Positions 38,381 to 51,487 of a stretch of DNA of 64,000 nt are shown piece by piece (position 1 is the stretch's first letter; each line of letters starts with the position of its first letter). Under the pieces are notes generated by a model. The model made no database searches and was not told the DNA's origin. It saw nothing but the letters and a program-made list of their open reading frames with translations. The DNA lies in the NCBI GenBank assembly GCA_964016885.1, contig OZ024740.1, positions 415,090,001 through 415,154,000 on the forward strand, written 5' to 3'. A program made the translations under genes and the position numbers. This stretch comes from Eledone cirrhosa. Lineage: Eukaryota.

Positions 38381-39422
38381 GTGAGAGAGGAGAAGAATGA
38401 GAAGAGGAAGGAAGCACCCGCTCTTTGTGCTCCTGAAGAGGAGGGTTGCACATTTTTCGGGGGGGGGGGGTGCGACCCATGTCAACGCCCCTCCCTATTG
38501 AGGACATCGATTGTTAAATTTAATTTGTTATATGTTTTTTACACGTTTTTTTAAATGTATGTAAACTCCCCCCCTTGTATTTGTCCCAATCTTTGATGCC
38601 CTGGTGGCAAATAAATAGAAATTTATATCTAGCATACATCACTCTCTCTCCTTCCCTCTCACTCTATCTATAACTACCAAACTCTCCCCCTCTCTATATC
38701 TATCATTGCCTATCTCTATCAATCATCTTTCTCTATTCATTATCATCAAACTCTCCCCCTCTCTACATCAACCATACAAACATACTCTCCCAATCCTCCT
38801 CTTTATATCAATTAATACTAAACTCTCCCTCTCCCTCTATCTACTACAGGGAACTCTCTTCCAACCTTTCTCTATATCAATTTACACCAAACTCTCACCT
38901 TCTCTATATCTACTACACAGAACTCCCTTCCAATACCCCTCTCTATATCAATAAACATCAATCTCTACCCCTCTCTATATCTAATATACATCACACTCTC
39001 CCAACGCCCTCGCTATATCAATTACCACCAAACTATCTCCCTCTCTATATCTAGCATACAACACACTCCCAGAGAAAGAGAGAGGCGTATCAAGAAAGAG
39101 AGGGACGGACCAAGAAAGAGAGAGGGGGAGAGGCATAGGGAAAGAGAAGTAGAGAGATCAAAATGAGAAGAAAGGGGTTTATTTAAAATAACACAAGTTT
39201 ATACAATATCGGTGTCTAATTTCTTGTATATTTAGAAGAACTAGCGGAAAACCACTCTTTCATGTGTAGTGTGGATATTGATATTATACACAATATAAAC
39301 GTTATAATATAGCGTCTGTTATATGATAACCGGAAGTATTGATATTTGAACATTTTAAAAGAAGTGAATCTTAAAATATATAAGAATATTTATGTTTAAT
39401 CAGCAGCTACGAAATTTAGTAC

Positions 39423-39562
39423 AGCATAGTTACGTCCCTTTACGATCTGAGTTCAAATCCCGCCAAGGTTGACTTTGCCTTTCATCCTTACGGGGTCGAT
39501 AAAATAAAGTACCAGTAATGCACTGGGTAATTGCTGGCCTTGTGCCTAAAGTAGAAACAATT
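39423..39562 (+). mobile_element. SINE family A, 5'-truncated, inside a diverged local duplication (39240-39650 / 39690-40130)
   Basis: Core and tail match family A. Confidence 0.8.
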
Positions 39563-40149
39563 ATTTATTCAAAGTAATCCGACTTATTTTATTAACTGGA
39601 TAAAAAATATATTCAGCACAGTCCAGCACTCCTCACTTTATTATATTATGACTAGCAGAAAAACCACCCTTCGGGTGGTTTTCTGCTAGCATGTGTAGTG
39701 TGTATATTGATATTATATGCAGGTATATATACATGTAGATATGATACATCAAATAAAATCGTAATTGACAATATATAAGACATAGAAATTGAACGAAGAC
39801 TGCGTTACACTGTCTTATTTAATCAGTAACGTAATCCATGATACATTAAAATAGACGATATTATATATACACTGCATTAGGAGAAAATTAGTGACAGAAA
39901 TTTAGTATGTTTATTTAAGCGATGGCCACCGGAAGTGTTGACATTTCAGAAATTTTAAAGAAGTGAATCTTTAAATAAACAAAATATATTTAATCATCAG
40001 CCACGAAATTTAGTAGATAAATTATGTAATATTCATTTATTGTTTATTCAAACTAATCCAACTTATTTTACTAATGGGAAAACAAATTATAAACCGTACG
40101 CAGTCCCGCGCTCTTTATTTCATTATAGTTTAGATTTCAATGGCCAATT

Positions 40150-40530
40150 ATCCATCCATCTAGGAAAGCGCCCTTCACTTCCACTTGGGAATCACCCTTT
40201 TGCCCATTCGAAGGAGATAGATCCCTCATCTGGGATGCCATATGTTGCGACACGTTATCCACCTCCAACTTACTCACAAACCCCGGTACTGCGGCCCTCA
40301 ATGCAAAGGAAAGGAAGATAACCAAATACCAGGGATTGTTCGGCCGCTCCCTCTTTGCGCCGGCCATCGTCGAGACCGCAAGCGTACTTGGACCCCGTAC
40401 TGCCGGGCTTCTCCGCAAGATCGGAACTTCAGCAGCCCGTCTGAGGAAGAAGCCCGCGATGTCGGGTGGCTACTGCAGTGGGTGTCGCTGGCCATTGTCC
40501 GCGGGAATGCTTTTGCGGTCTTGTCCTAGG
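40150..40530 (+). mobile_element. CRE-like retrotransposon RLE fragment
   Basis: SLIWDAICCDT..GTAA..RKITKY..FAPAIVETASVLGP..WLLQWVSLAIVRGNA (with frameshifts). Confidence 0.75.
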
Positions 40531-40797
40531 TGAGCAGCCCCAATACCGCCAGGCCCTAGTCCCAGAGCCCTTCACCCTCTCCCTTCCTCCTCCCCATTCT
40601 TCTGTGACCCTACAGCCCTTGCCTTTCCCTTCCTTTCCCTCCCTTTTCCGTCTTCAAAACCACAAAAGACACTTGAATATTCAATGTAACTCTACTTCGT
40701 GTAGTACGTATTGCGTTTCGATTTTCATTCTGTAAGAATTACAAACAATGTGTAATGTTTTTTCATATAACTGTGGATAATAGACTATTTATCCATA

Positions 40798-41000
40798 GAA
40801 GGCGTGTGGCTGATTGGTTAGAGAATTGGATTCGCAATCGTGAGGTTGTCAGTTCGATTTCTGGACCAGTGGATGCGTTATGTCCTTGAGCAAGACACTT
40901 TAATTCACGTTGTTCCTTTTACCTGGAGTGGCGACCGATAAATAGTATTAGCAACTGGAAAGACCAACGGAAACATTGTTTCCTCGGTCTGATTTGACGA
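40798..41000 (+). mobile_element. tRNA-derived SINE family B (OR-like); other copies at 49343-49535, 51166-51360, 52416-52560, 27652-27752, 18243-18287
   Basis: gaaggcgtgtggctgattggttagag..agttcgatt..tccttgagcaagacactt. Confidence 0.8.
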
Positions 41001-41297
41001 AAGTCGAGCGACAAATTGTTATCCATTGCCAGGTCTTTAAACACCTTAGACCCTTTTCCTCATCCCTTTACATACGTCATACATATGAATATTTTCTGAT
41101 ATGTATAAGTGAGCCGCCGTCAATTAAATCATAAAGAATTCCACGTGAGTTCAAACACATTGCTTCTATGAATATTAAACTATTTGCTAATTAAAGATGC
41201 AGCAAATTTAATCAGACACTTAAACATTGTTTTGTTTCGAATTTACTGAAATATTAGCGTGCTAATAAAAGTATTTACTTTAGTATTACATATTTAC

Positions 41298-41407
41298 TTT
41301 CTCTCTTCCGTGTTCAAATCTCCACGTGGTCATCTTTATTTGTGTAATCTTAGAAGGATCAATAGAATAATGTTCTGGGATCATTAAATCCTCTGTAGTT
41401 CCACCCT
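41298..41407 (-). CDS. candidate 110-nt internal exon of an unknown host gene
   Basis: tttctgtag|AG GGT...GAG AAA|gtaaat; peptide GGTTEDLMIPEHYSIDPSKITQIKMTTWRFEHGREK; unique sequence. Confidence 0.35.
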
Positions 41408-41669
41408 CTACAGAAATTATCTTTGTGTCGAAGCAAATCAATATTGTATAACTTGGAGAAAGCTGTTCAATATTTCTCCTTTGATAAATTATGGACGGTG
41501 TTCTACTTTGTGTCATATATACAAATGGATGCATGTGTGTACAGGGGCGGTGGAACTGGGAGCGGTATGCCTCTCCCAGCTCATTCAATAATTATATATT
41601 TTTCTCACCAACTACGAAAACACACATCTATTTGTATATGAGCTACAATTTATGTACAATATATTAGAC

Positions 41670-42140
41670 TTGTTTTATTATACAAAGCATATAAATAAAT
41701 TTACAGTAGAATAACATAACAAATATGTTTTAAATATATACATAAATTATATAAATAACATTACAAATGCTTAGATAACATTATAAATTGCTCGCGATTC
41801 TTTCAGAAGGATATATTCTTTTAATGTTGCAATATTAAAGAAAATGTAAAGGAAGGGGTGAACAACCGAGCCAACACCAGAGCAAAAGACAGCAGCGAGG
41901 AGTACTGGGCAACCTCTCTAATGATTTTTTAGGCAAGCCAGCACACTCGCAGCGTTGCCTCGGGTGATGGCGAGGCGAATGCGCCGGAACAACGAAGCGC
42001 CCTCGAGAGATTCGCCAGTTACCGCTATTAGGCGAGTCGCCAGTGAAGAGAGGAACCTTGCAGTCAGCGGCCCGACACACCCAAACGTCTCGAAAGCCTC
42101 AGGCTGAAAAATGTAGCTGGCCGACAGATCACAGTATTTA
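41670..42140 (-). mobile_element. CRE-like 3' fragment with 3' UTR (sister of 48292-48792)
   Basis: Reverse-complement collinear with the 48.3-kb copy. Confidence 0.8.
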
Positions 42141-42344
42141 TGTACATGTAATGTTTATTGCATATCGAAGTTTTTATACCTTTGTTAATATTAGTATAAT
42201 GTATTATGTTAACTTTCATAGGAAATTTTTTTGCCATGTCATAACTTTTCCCTCACATATCACTATTGCTAGTCTGTGTATTCTTGACAGATTTCACTGG
42301 TCATGTTGCTATAATCACTTTATAATTATTGAAACTGTAAATAT

Positions 42345-42527
42345 AATTGTGTCTACTTTTGGCACAAGGCCAGCAATTATCCCAGTGTATTACTGGTACT
42401 TTATTTTATCGACCCCTTAAGGATGAAAGGCAAAGTTAACCTCGGCGGGATTTGAACTCAAATCATAAAGGGCCGTAACTCTATGCTACAAAGCATGGTG
42501 TCCGACTCTACCGATACTGCCAATCCA
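42345..42527 (-). mobile_element. SINE family A
   Basis: Reverse-complement match to family A. Confidence 0.85.
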
Positions 42528-42691
42528 AATATGGCTTGCTTGGACTCGAATTGCATTTTCTGACTATTTTAGAGTAAAATTAAATTGACCAAATTTGCCC
42601 CCATCCCCAATACAGAAATGCGTTCACCACCCCTAATGTACCTATATATATATATGGTAATATTTTTGTTTCATTATTTTATTCATGAAAA

Positions 42692-42905
42692 GGGCAGCGG
42701 ATTGGCAGTATCGGTAGGGCGCCGGTACCATGCTTTGCAGCATAGAGTTACGGTCTTTACGGTCTGAGTTCAAATCCCGCCGAGGTTAATTTTCCTTTTA
42801 TTCTTACGGGGTCGATAAAATAAAGCACCAGTAACTCACTGGGGTCGATTTAATCGACTTTCCCTTCCCCCAAAAATTAATGGCCTGTGTCTATACTAGA
42901 ATTCA
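42692..42905 (+). mobile_element. SINE family A, variant tail
   Basis: Head and core match; tail ggggtcgatttaatcgac. Confidence 0.8.
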
Positions 42906-42914
42906 TTATTTTAT

Positions 42915-43430
42915 TCAACAACAAAAAAATCATCTTTATATATTTTATTCACAGTTGTATAAATAACATTACACATACATAAATAACATTATAAATTGCT
43001 CACAATTCTTTCAGAATAACATTACAAATATAATGTTGCTAAACACAAATATAAACACAATCCAAATACAACCAACCATTACCAGGAACCTCACAAAAAC
43101 AACACATAAAAACACATGACCAGAGCGAGAGAAAGATAGGGGGGGGGGGCAAAAACAAAATCCGAAAACGACCATCAATTCACACACCAAGTGCGACAAT
43201 TGGCCGCACATCATAAAGGTCAACGAGACACTTTGAGGCAAGCCAACACGCACGTCCGCAACACTACCACGGGTAATGGCGAGGTTAAGGCGTTGAAACA
43301 ACTAGGCACTCTCACAGCCATCAAATGATCCCTCAGTAAGGCGAGATGATGGCGAGGTTAAGGCGTTGAAACAACTAGGCACTCTCACAGGCATCACCTG
43401 ACCCCTCAGTAAGGCGAGCCGCCAGCGACG
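42915..43430 (-). mobile_element. CRE-like 3' fragment with a ~72-bp internal tandem duplication
   Basis: FQRLNLAITRGSVADV; its UTR shares ctgaaagaattgtgagcaatttataatgt with the 48-kb copy. Confidence 0.7.
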
Positions 43431-43970
43431 ACAAGAATAGACGTGTAAAGTTGATCTTCACGGAATTTGAAGTCAGAACGTAAAGAGACGGAACAAATAC
43501 TATAAAGTTTAGAATGTGACAAAAATGGTGAAAATGTAGTGCAGTTTACTTTCTTTCCTTTTGTTTCCCCTTCCTTTTTTGGTATATGACGGCACCATGG
43601 TCCCAAATGTAACACGACCAGAATACGTAAACAAAATTTATATAACAGAAAGTGTATTGGTCCTGTTAGAAAGGTTGCTTCTGACACTCTAAACCCATGC
43701 TAGCGTGGAAGATAGACGTTAAACGATGATGATGAGGAAGAGGAGGAGGAGGAGGAAGAAACCCCACTGGAAGGTATGTTTAAGGACTACCCCCATGACC
43801 CTCTCAAGAAGTAGAAGAAAAACAAGAAGACGAAGAAGAAGAAGAAAAGAGTGTATCGTCAACAGGTTGCGAAATCTAGTGTTCTCAGAATAGTATTTTG
43901 TTGTGATATATTGGAATTTGTAAGTGAATGTGTGAATATGGATATTTGGTCGAGATATGATAGTACCATA

Positions 43971-45278
43971 GTGAGGGGCTAGCTGTGGCACTCACCGATT
44001 ATTGGTGAGGGGCTAGCTGTGGCACTCACCGATTATTGGTGAGGGGCTAGCTGTGGCACTCACCGATTATTGGTGAGGGGCTAGCTGTGGCACTCACCGA
44101 TTATTGGTGAGAGGCTAGCTGTGGCACTCACCGATTATTGGTGAGGGGCTAGCTGTGGCACTCACCGATTATTGGTGAGTGGCTGGCTGTGTCATTCACC
44201 GATTATTGGTGAGTGGCTGGCTGTGGCACTCACCGATTATTGGTGAGTGGCTGGCTGTGGCACTCACCGATTATTGGTGAGTGGATGGTTGTGGCACTCA
44301 CCGATTATTGGTGAGTGGCTGGCTGTGGCACTCACCGATTATTGGTGAGTGGCTGGCTGTGGCACTCACCGATTATTGGTGAGTGACTGGCTGTGGTACT
44401 CACCGATTATTGGTGAGTGGTTGGCTGTGGCACTCACCGATTATTGGTGAGTGGTTGGCTATGGTACTCACCGATTATTGGTGAGTGGTTGGCTGTGGCA
44501 CTCACCGATTATTGGTGAGTGACTGGCTGTGGCACTCACCAATAATCGGTGAGTGACTGGCTGTGGCACTCACCGATTATTGGTGAGTGGTTGGCTGTGG
44601 CACTCATCGATTATTGGTGAGTGACTGGCTGTGGCACTCACCGATTATTGGTGAGTGACTGGCTGTGGTACTCACCGATTATTGGTGAGTGGCTGGCTGT
44701 GGCACTCACCGATTATTGGTGAGTGGATGGCTGTAGCACTCACCGATTATTGGTGAGTGGATGGCTGTGGCACTCACCGATTATTGGTGAGTGACTGGCT
44801 GTGGCACTCACCGATTATTGGTGAGTGGTTGGCTGTGGCACTCACCGATTATTGGTGAGTGACTGGCTGTGGTACTCACCGATTATTGGTGAGTGGTTGG
44901 CTGTGTCACTCACCGATTATTGGTGAGTGGTTGGCTGTGGCACTCACCGATTATTGGTGAGTGGTTGGCTGTGGCACTCACCGATTATTGGTGAGTGACT
45001 GGCTGTGGCACTCACCGATTATTGGTGAGTGGCTGGCTGTGGCACTCACCGATTATTGGTGAGTGGTTGGCTGTGGCACTCACCGATTATTGGTGAGTGG
45101 CTGGCTGTGGCACTCACCGATTATTGGTGAATGGTTGGCTGTGGCACTCACCGATTATTGGTGAGTGGCTGGCTGTGGCACTCACCGATTATTGGTGAGT
45201 GGTTGGCTGTGGCACTCACCGATTATTGGTGAGTGGTTGGCTGTGGCACTCACCGATTATTGGTGAGTACCACAGCTA
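43971..45278. repeat. 34-bp palindromic minisatellite, ~38 copies
   Basis: Unit ctgtggCACTCACCgattattGGTGAGTGgYtgg; period 34 measured 43983->44017. Confidence 0.97.
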
Positions 45279-45884
45279 AACTCTCTTGTCCAGTGTCAAA
45301 TAAAGAACAGAGAGAACGCGAACAGGGTTGAGAAGGACTTAAAATTGAGCTGGACGTAAATACCCGTATGTTTTGTGATAACTATTTCCGGTGGTGAGGT
45401 TATAACTATTTTAGCCTACGTTTCGTAGATGTGATAATTTCACTACAAGCTAAATGACTTCTCACACCTGATTTGTAAACAACATTCTATATAAACTATG
45501 AAAGCGTTGGATAGTTTTGAAATTCTAGTGAATGTAGAAATGTCAAACGTAGAAAAGGATGGGATGGTGTTGGGAGTTCTTTATAGGTCCTAACATTTCA
45601 TGATACAATCGCCTTTTCAAAAGATTAAAAGAAACGAGTTTAGAGTTGTATATATTGTGTGGCTCTTAAGTTGCCATATTTTGAAAAATGAGTGATGATT
45701 TTTTCTTTTATAGCTTGAAGTGGTGAATGGATCACGTGGTATCTGATCGTAGCTATGTTCTGATTTAAGCTATTGTTGTATCATTTTTGAAGTGAAATGA
45801 AATATGGTATTGTATATCTGTGTTAGCCACTGGGTGTTCAGTTTTAGTCTAAGGTTGATTTTGGGGCTTCAGTTTGGCTATTAT

Positions 45885-46030
45885 TTGCAGCATGGAGTTA
45901 CGGCCCTTTACGATCTGCGTTCAAATCCCGCCGATCTTGACTTTGCCATACATCCTTACGGGGTCGATAAAATAAAGTACCAGTAATACACTGGGATAAA
46001 TGCTGAACTTGTGCCAAAAGTAGAAACAAT
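45885..46030 (+). mobile_element. SINE family A; further copies at 47249-47433 (+), 48982-49083 (-), 50963-51150 (+), ~53790-53875 (-, old)
   Basis: Core and tail match family A. Confidence 0.8.
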
Positions 46031-46254
46031 TATATATTCTTTTATTCGGAAATTGTCGGTATTCCTGGCTTCGATAGTGGCAGTTATATGTTCATTCATG
46101 TTCTTACACTTATCTATGTCTTTCTTGAAGCAGGACACATGTGTGTTAGGTTATTTTATAAGGATACATATTGGTCTAAAATTTCTTTCAATGTAAAGCC
46201 TCAATGTCTTAATTTCTTAAGCCATAACCATAACTACCGTGAACTCCAGTGAGT

Positions 46255-46700
46255 CAAACCTGGTACTTCCCATTGAAGTCACCTGCCAGGATGATGAGGT
46301 CTCTTCCATCAGTAACTGAGGTTGTCTGTAAAAGTTCATCATAGCACCTGTCCTGTTCTTTACTCAGTCCTGCTTCTGGTCCATAGGTAAATGTAATTGT
46401 CACCATTTTATTTCCTACAGCTATTCTAAGCTTCATAATTCTGTCACTTATTCTAATTACCTGTCACCTTATCTATCCCTTTCTCAGCACGTAGAGTGCG
46501 TTCACCACCTACCTCGTCATCGTTTCCTACCCAGAAAAGTTTGTGTCTATGTTGTTTGCCTGTGAATAGTCTCGTTGAGGCACCCATTCATCTCATCTCT
46601 GGTACACAGCATACACCTACTTCTTTCCTCTCTAGCAATGTCACAATTTCTCATGATCTACCTTTCAGAGTGGACATATTGCGAATGGCAGTCCTGGGGT
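46255..46700 (-). mobile_element. decayed RTE-type APE endonuclease fragment
   Basis: NMSTLKGRS..VCCVPEMR and TYGPEAG..YDEL..IILAGDFNG. Confidence 0.75.
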
Positions 46701-47481
46701 GTGTTACTTGACAGTGATTAGATCCTTGAGTAGCAGTTCTTTGTACCTGGAAGGGAAAAGGGTTGTGCAATTGCTTAATGATAGTCGAGGAGTTCTTTTA
46801 CATGGCTGCTCTAACCACCCACTACGGTACACAGCACTAACATGACTGGTGTTAGTCCCGTATAAAACTTAAGTTTTATCAAATATTGTGGCCATTTAGT
46901 GAGAGTGAATGGGTATATATACACATAAAACACACGTGTCCTTGTGGTTGATTGGATGATATACACGTCTTCTCATGAGGATCCAATAAAATCCGAAAAT
47001 CGATTAAAAAGGTTTACCATTTTTTCAATTTGCAGGGAAATACGTATTTTCTGACATTTTTACATGTCTCCAAATTAGATATGTGTATATATTTATACAC
47101 GTTGATGCAGTCTTAGTTACTCACTCTGTATTTATACAGATATAGATTTATCATACACACACACAAGATACCTTTATATCTAAAGAGAGAGTCTGTCTAA
47201 GCTTCTACTCCACATGTAGAAGTACTGTTACGACCCTGTACATTTTCCGGTGGATTTGCAGTATTGGTAGAGGGTCGGACGCCATGCTTTCCAGCATATT
47301 TACGTCCCTTCACGGTCTGAGTTCAAATCCCGCCGAGGTTAACTTTGCCTTTCATCCTTACGGGTTCGATAAAATAAAGTATCAGTAATGTACTGGGGTA
47401 ATTGCTGGCCTTGTGCCAAAAGTAGAGACAATTATTTGCATTATATGTGCACAGAATACTGTTTCTAAAAAAATATATGTT

Positions 47482-47568
<87 letters not shown>

Positions 47569-47569
47569 A

Positions 47570-47854
47570 TCTATATATCTAAAACAGAGAATGTCTGTCC
47601 GTCTGACTCCCTAAAACTCGAGAACCACCCAACCGATTGTTTTCAAGATTTACACATCTAATTCTTATAGTCCTGCGAGTGTTTTGAGCAAAAAATATTT
47701 CAAATTTTCAATGCCCTAGTAACCGCATTAGGCGATTTAACGATATCTCTCTATAATTCTTAGTCTTTTTTTTTAGATAGATACATAGATATAACGTTGC
47801 GCCCTTATAATATCTGTCTGCATGTCTGGCTGTCTGCATTACGACATTATGACG

Positions 47855-47905
<51 letters not shown>

Positions 47906-48072
47906 TATAGTGTGTAACGTTTTTCGAAATATTTACTTCTGCGGTCACAGATTGATATAGACACCATCCCGAGGCTGAGGTATTCCGTACTTCTCTGTAC
48001 TGTTTCAGAAAGGAGGGATAAACATGCCAATCTATATTTAGAATCCCGAGCAACGCCGGGCCATTCTGCTAG
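47570..48072 (+). mobile_element. non-autonomous Helitron
   Basis: A|TCTATATATCTAAAA 5' end; cccgagcaacgccggg + CTAG|T 3' end. Confidence 0.85.
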
Positions 48073-48087
48073 TATCTTTTAAATTTG

Positions 48088-48156
<69 letters not shown>

Positions 48157-48291
48157 AGTCAATATAAGTATATTTAAGTCTCTGTATGTATATATAAGTG
48201 TCTTGTCACGTGTAAGAGAATGAAAACAGAAACAAATAGATTAACTGTGCTCGACAATATTTTGAGTTGTGGCTGTAGGTTTGAATCTATA

Positions 48292-48792
48292 GAGCCACAG
48301 CTTCCGCAGCCGAGCGGAGTAAGACCCTCAAATACTGTGATCTGTCGGTCAGCTACATTTTTCAGCCCGTGGCTTTCGAGACGTTTGGGGGAGTCGGGCC
48401 GCTGACTGCGAGGTTCCTCTCTTCACTGGCGGCTCTCCTAATAGAGGTAACGGGCGAATCTCGCGAGGGCACTTCGTTGTTCCAGCGCATTAGCCTCGCC
48501 ATCACCCGAGGCAACGCTGCGAGTGTGCTGGCTTGCCAAAAAAATCATTAGAGAGGTTGCCCAGTACTCCTCGCGACGCTGCTGTCTTTTGCTCTGGTGT
48601 TGGCTCGGTTGTCCACCTCTTCCTTTATATTTTCTTTAATATTGTAACATTAAAAGAATATATCCTTCTGAAAGAATCGCGAGCAATTTATAATGTTGTC
48701 TAAGCATTTGTAATGTTATTTATGTATATATTTAAAACATATTTGTTGTGTTATTCTACTGTAAATTTATTTATATGCTCTGTATAATAAAA
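48292..48792 (+). mobile_element. CRE-like 3' fragment with 3' UTR
   Basis: AAERSKTLKY..FQPVAFETFGGVGP..TGESREGTSLFQRISLAITRGNAASV. Confidence 0.8.
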
Positions 48793-50389
48793 ATTATTTC
48801 TTACAGTTAAATCCTATTGCCCTTTGAAAACGTATAAATTTGATAATTTTTTTTTGTAAAATCAGTCTGACAAAAGTACCACTGCAGACTGAGAAATTTT
48901 AAGAAGAAAATGTAGGCATTCCATTTGTCACAAATATAAGTCTGCTGTTTATCGAAGACAAGAATATTTGGTGAAAATAAAATAATTTTTTCTACTTTTG
49001 GCACAAGGCCAGCAATCAACCAGTGCATTACTGGTACTTTATTTTATCGACCCCATAAGGATGAAAGGCAAAGTTAACCTCGGAGGTTATGGCTAAGTCT
49101 TGTTAGTCTGGATTTTCACCTGCGTCCTCACCAGACAAGACTGGTGATCCTGTGAGTGCGCAGGTGAAACTTTAGAGTAACGAAGCTCACCCTACCATCT
49201 TAAATACATGTACTTCTAGATATATACCGAGAAAAGCGGAATAGTCACGGTTGGAAAGCCTTCTAGAATATGGCTGATATAACAACGTGCATCCTACTCA
49301 GAGACGAATTTGGGACAAATGAGGCCCTGTGTTAGTTAAGTGAAGGAACGTGGCTTAGTGGTTAGATTCGCAATCGTGAGGTTGTGAGTTCAATTCTCGG
49401 ACTGTGTGATGCGTTGTGTCCTTAAGCAAGACACTTTATTTCACGTTGCTCTTTCTGCCAGGAGTTACAACCGGTAGATAGTATCAGCAATGGAAAGACC
49501 AATGGAAACATTGTTTCCTTGGTCCGATTTGACGAGGTCCACCCCACTCGCCAAACGAATGAGGTCTGTCGATCGATCAGAGCGAGTGAACTAGTTAAGT
49601 TATGAGGCCCATTACTTGGGCCCTGAAGGAGGTAAACATCTTTTTTGGCAGGAAGATGCCACTCCCCACCCCGGTCAACGGGGCCCTGTGCTTAAGCATA
49701 CCTAAAACCAATGGTAAATCCGACACAGACCCTACTATAATAAGACTAAGTAGAGTACTGAGAAAAACATATGAACAGTTCATGGTTCAGTAATTAATTG
49801 AGTCCAGTAATTTAATCTGTAGTCTCAGAAACAGACTTCTATTTGGAAGGATAAATAGGTAGAAGAGATAGACAGAAAGGAACATGTATTTGTGTGGTGG
49901 GGGTGAAATATTTAGTATTTGAGAAGTGAGATACATTGCCTTTGCAGTTTTGTCCGCGGGGTGCAGCCGAAACAGTACTCCGCCCTAGGCATAGAGCCCA
50001 TCACCCTCTCCCCTTCCATTTCTTTCGTGGTCTAATAGTCCTTGCTTCTCCCCTCCTTTTCTCTCATTTATGGCATTTATAGTGCTTTCCTTTACTTTCC
50101 TCTACGGCCATATATTTACCCCCCCCCCTCTCTCTCTCTCTTCATTACTTAATTGTGTTTTTATCTTTCTTTTTCATATTTCCATCATTGTATAACTTCT
50201 TAAAATATAGTTGACATAATATGTTTATGTTTCTAGGAGAATGGAAGGAGATGAAAGGAGATGAAAGGGTGGTATATCATTTTAGATGGGCTAGTAGGGT
50301 CAGCCGGGGTCACCTGGTGAGCTGGTGATGCTGTTCAACATTTTAAGGATCTCAGCCTCTGCTAGCTGAAACTTATCCGAAATCTGAGC

Positions 50390-50454
<65 letters not shown>

Positions 50455-50470
50455 ACGCCCCCCCCCACAC

Positions 50471-50512
<42 letters not shown>

Positions 50513-50870
50513 GCACACACACACGCGCGCACGCACACACACACACACGCACACGCACACACGCACACACACACGCACACACACACACGCACACACACAC
50601 GCACACACACACACACACATAAACACACACACACAGGCAAAGACACATATACACATACACACATGGACAAAAACACATGGATACACATATACACATATAC
50701 ACATATATATTCAAAGTCACATACACACAGACAAGAACATACCGTTGTAGTTGTAGAAGAAACAGGAAGACAACAACTGGAAAGTTTGCTTTAGTGGAGT
50801 TCTAAGTAATAGTGAATGTAAGTTTCCCAATTAGAAGAAATCAATGAATCGATTGAGGGATGTTATTTAA

Positions 50871-51487
50871 CCCTTTAACATTAACATTACTCTATATTTA
50901 CTATTGTATTTTCATGGTAAAGGCTTTATCTCACATAATTGTCTCACATTATATCAAATCTAGGGCGGTGGATTGGCAGTATCGGTAGAGGGTCGGACGC
51001 CATGCTTTGCAGCAGAGTTACGGCCCTTTATAGTCTGAGTTCAAATCCCGCCGAGGTTAACTTTGCCTTTCATCCTTACGGGGTCGATAAAATAAAGTAC
51101 CAGTAATGTACTGGGTAATTGCTGGCCTTGGGCCAAAAGTAGAAACAATTATTTATTTATATAGTGAAGGCGCGTGGCTGAGTGGTTAGAGAATTGGATT
51201 CGCAATCGTGAGGTTGTGAGTTCGATTCCCGGTCCGGGTGATGCGTTATATCCTTGGGCAAGACACTTTATTTCACGTTGCTCCTTCTACCTGGAGTTGC
51301 GACCAATAGATAGTATTAGCAATTGGAAAGACCAATGGAAACATGGTCCGATTTGACGAAAGTAGATCGTTCTTCTTATTTATATAACAATACCTTAACA
51401 TAAGTATGAGCTGCCAATTACTGCTGGTTTGAACAGAAGGAGGTGAGATAATTCTGGCCGGATATGGCCGGTTTAAATGCTAAGGGT
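50871..51487. mobile_element. piggyBac-like MITE with SINE A and SINE B nested inside
   Basis: TTAA|ccctttaacatt...aaatgctaaggg..ttaa; homologous to 27784-27996. Confidence 0.6.

Larger units (their letters stand above)
32880..38620 (+). mobile_element. near full-length L1/Tx1-clade LINE, inactivated
   Basis: ORF1 and ORF2 as listed below, short 5' UTR, 3' UTR ending aaataaatagaa. Confidence 0.92.

Noticed and set aside
39329-39937. Promoter from CCGGAAGT (ETS-like) motifs at ~39330 and ~39929
   Set aside because: The two motifs are copies within a local duplication; no other support.
43971-45278. CRISPR-like array of palindromic repeats
   Set aside because: No unique spacers (linkers are near-identical), no cas genes, eukaryotic context.
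51166-51240. tRNA gene
   Set aside because: A/B boxes are present but the acceptor stem is poor and the head runs into a shared SINE body found in several copies.
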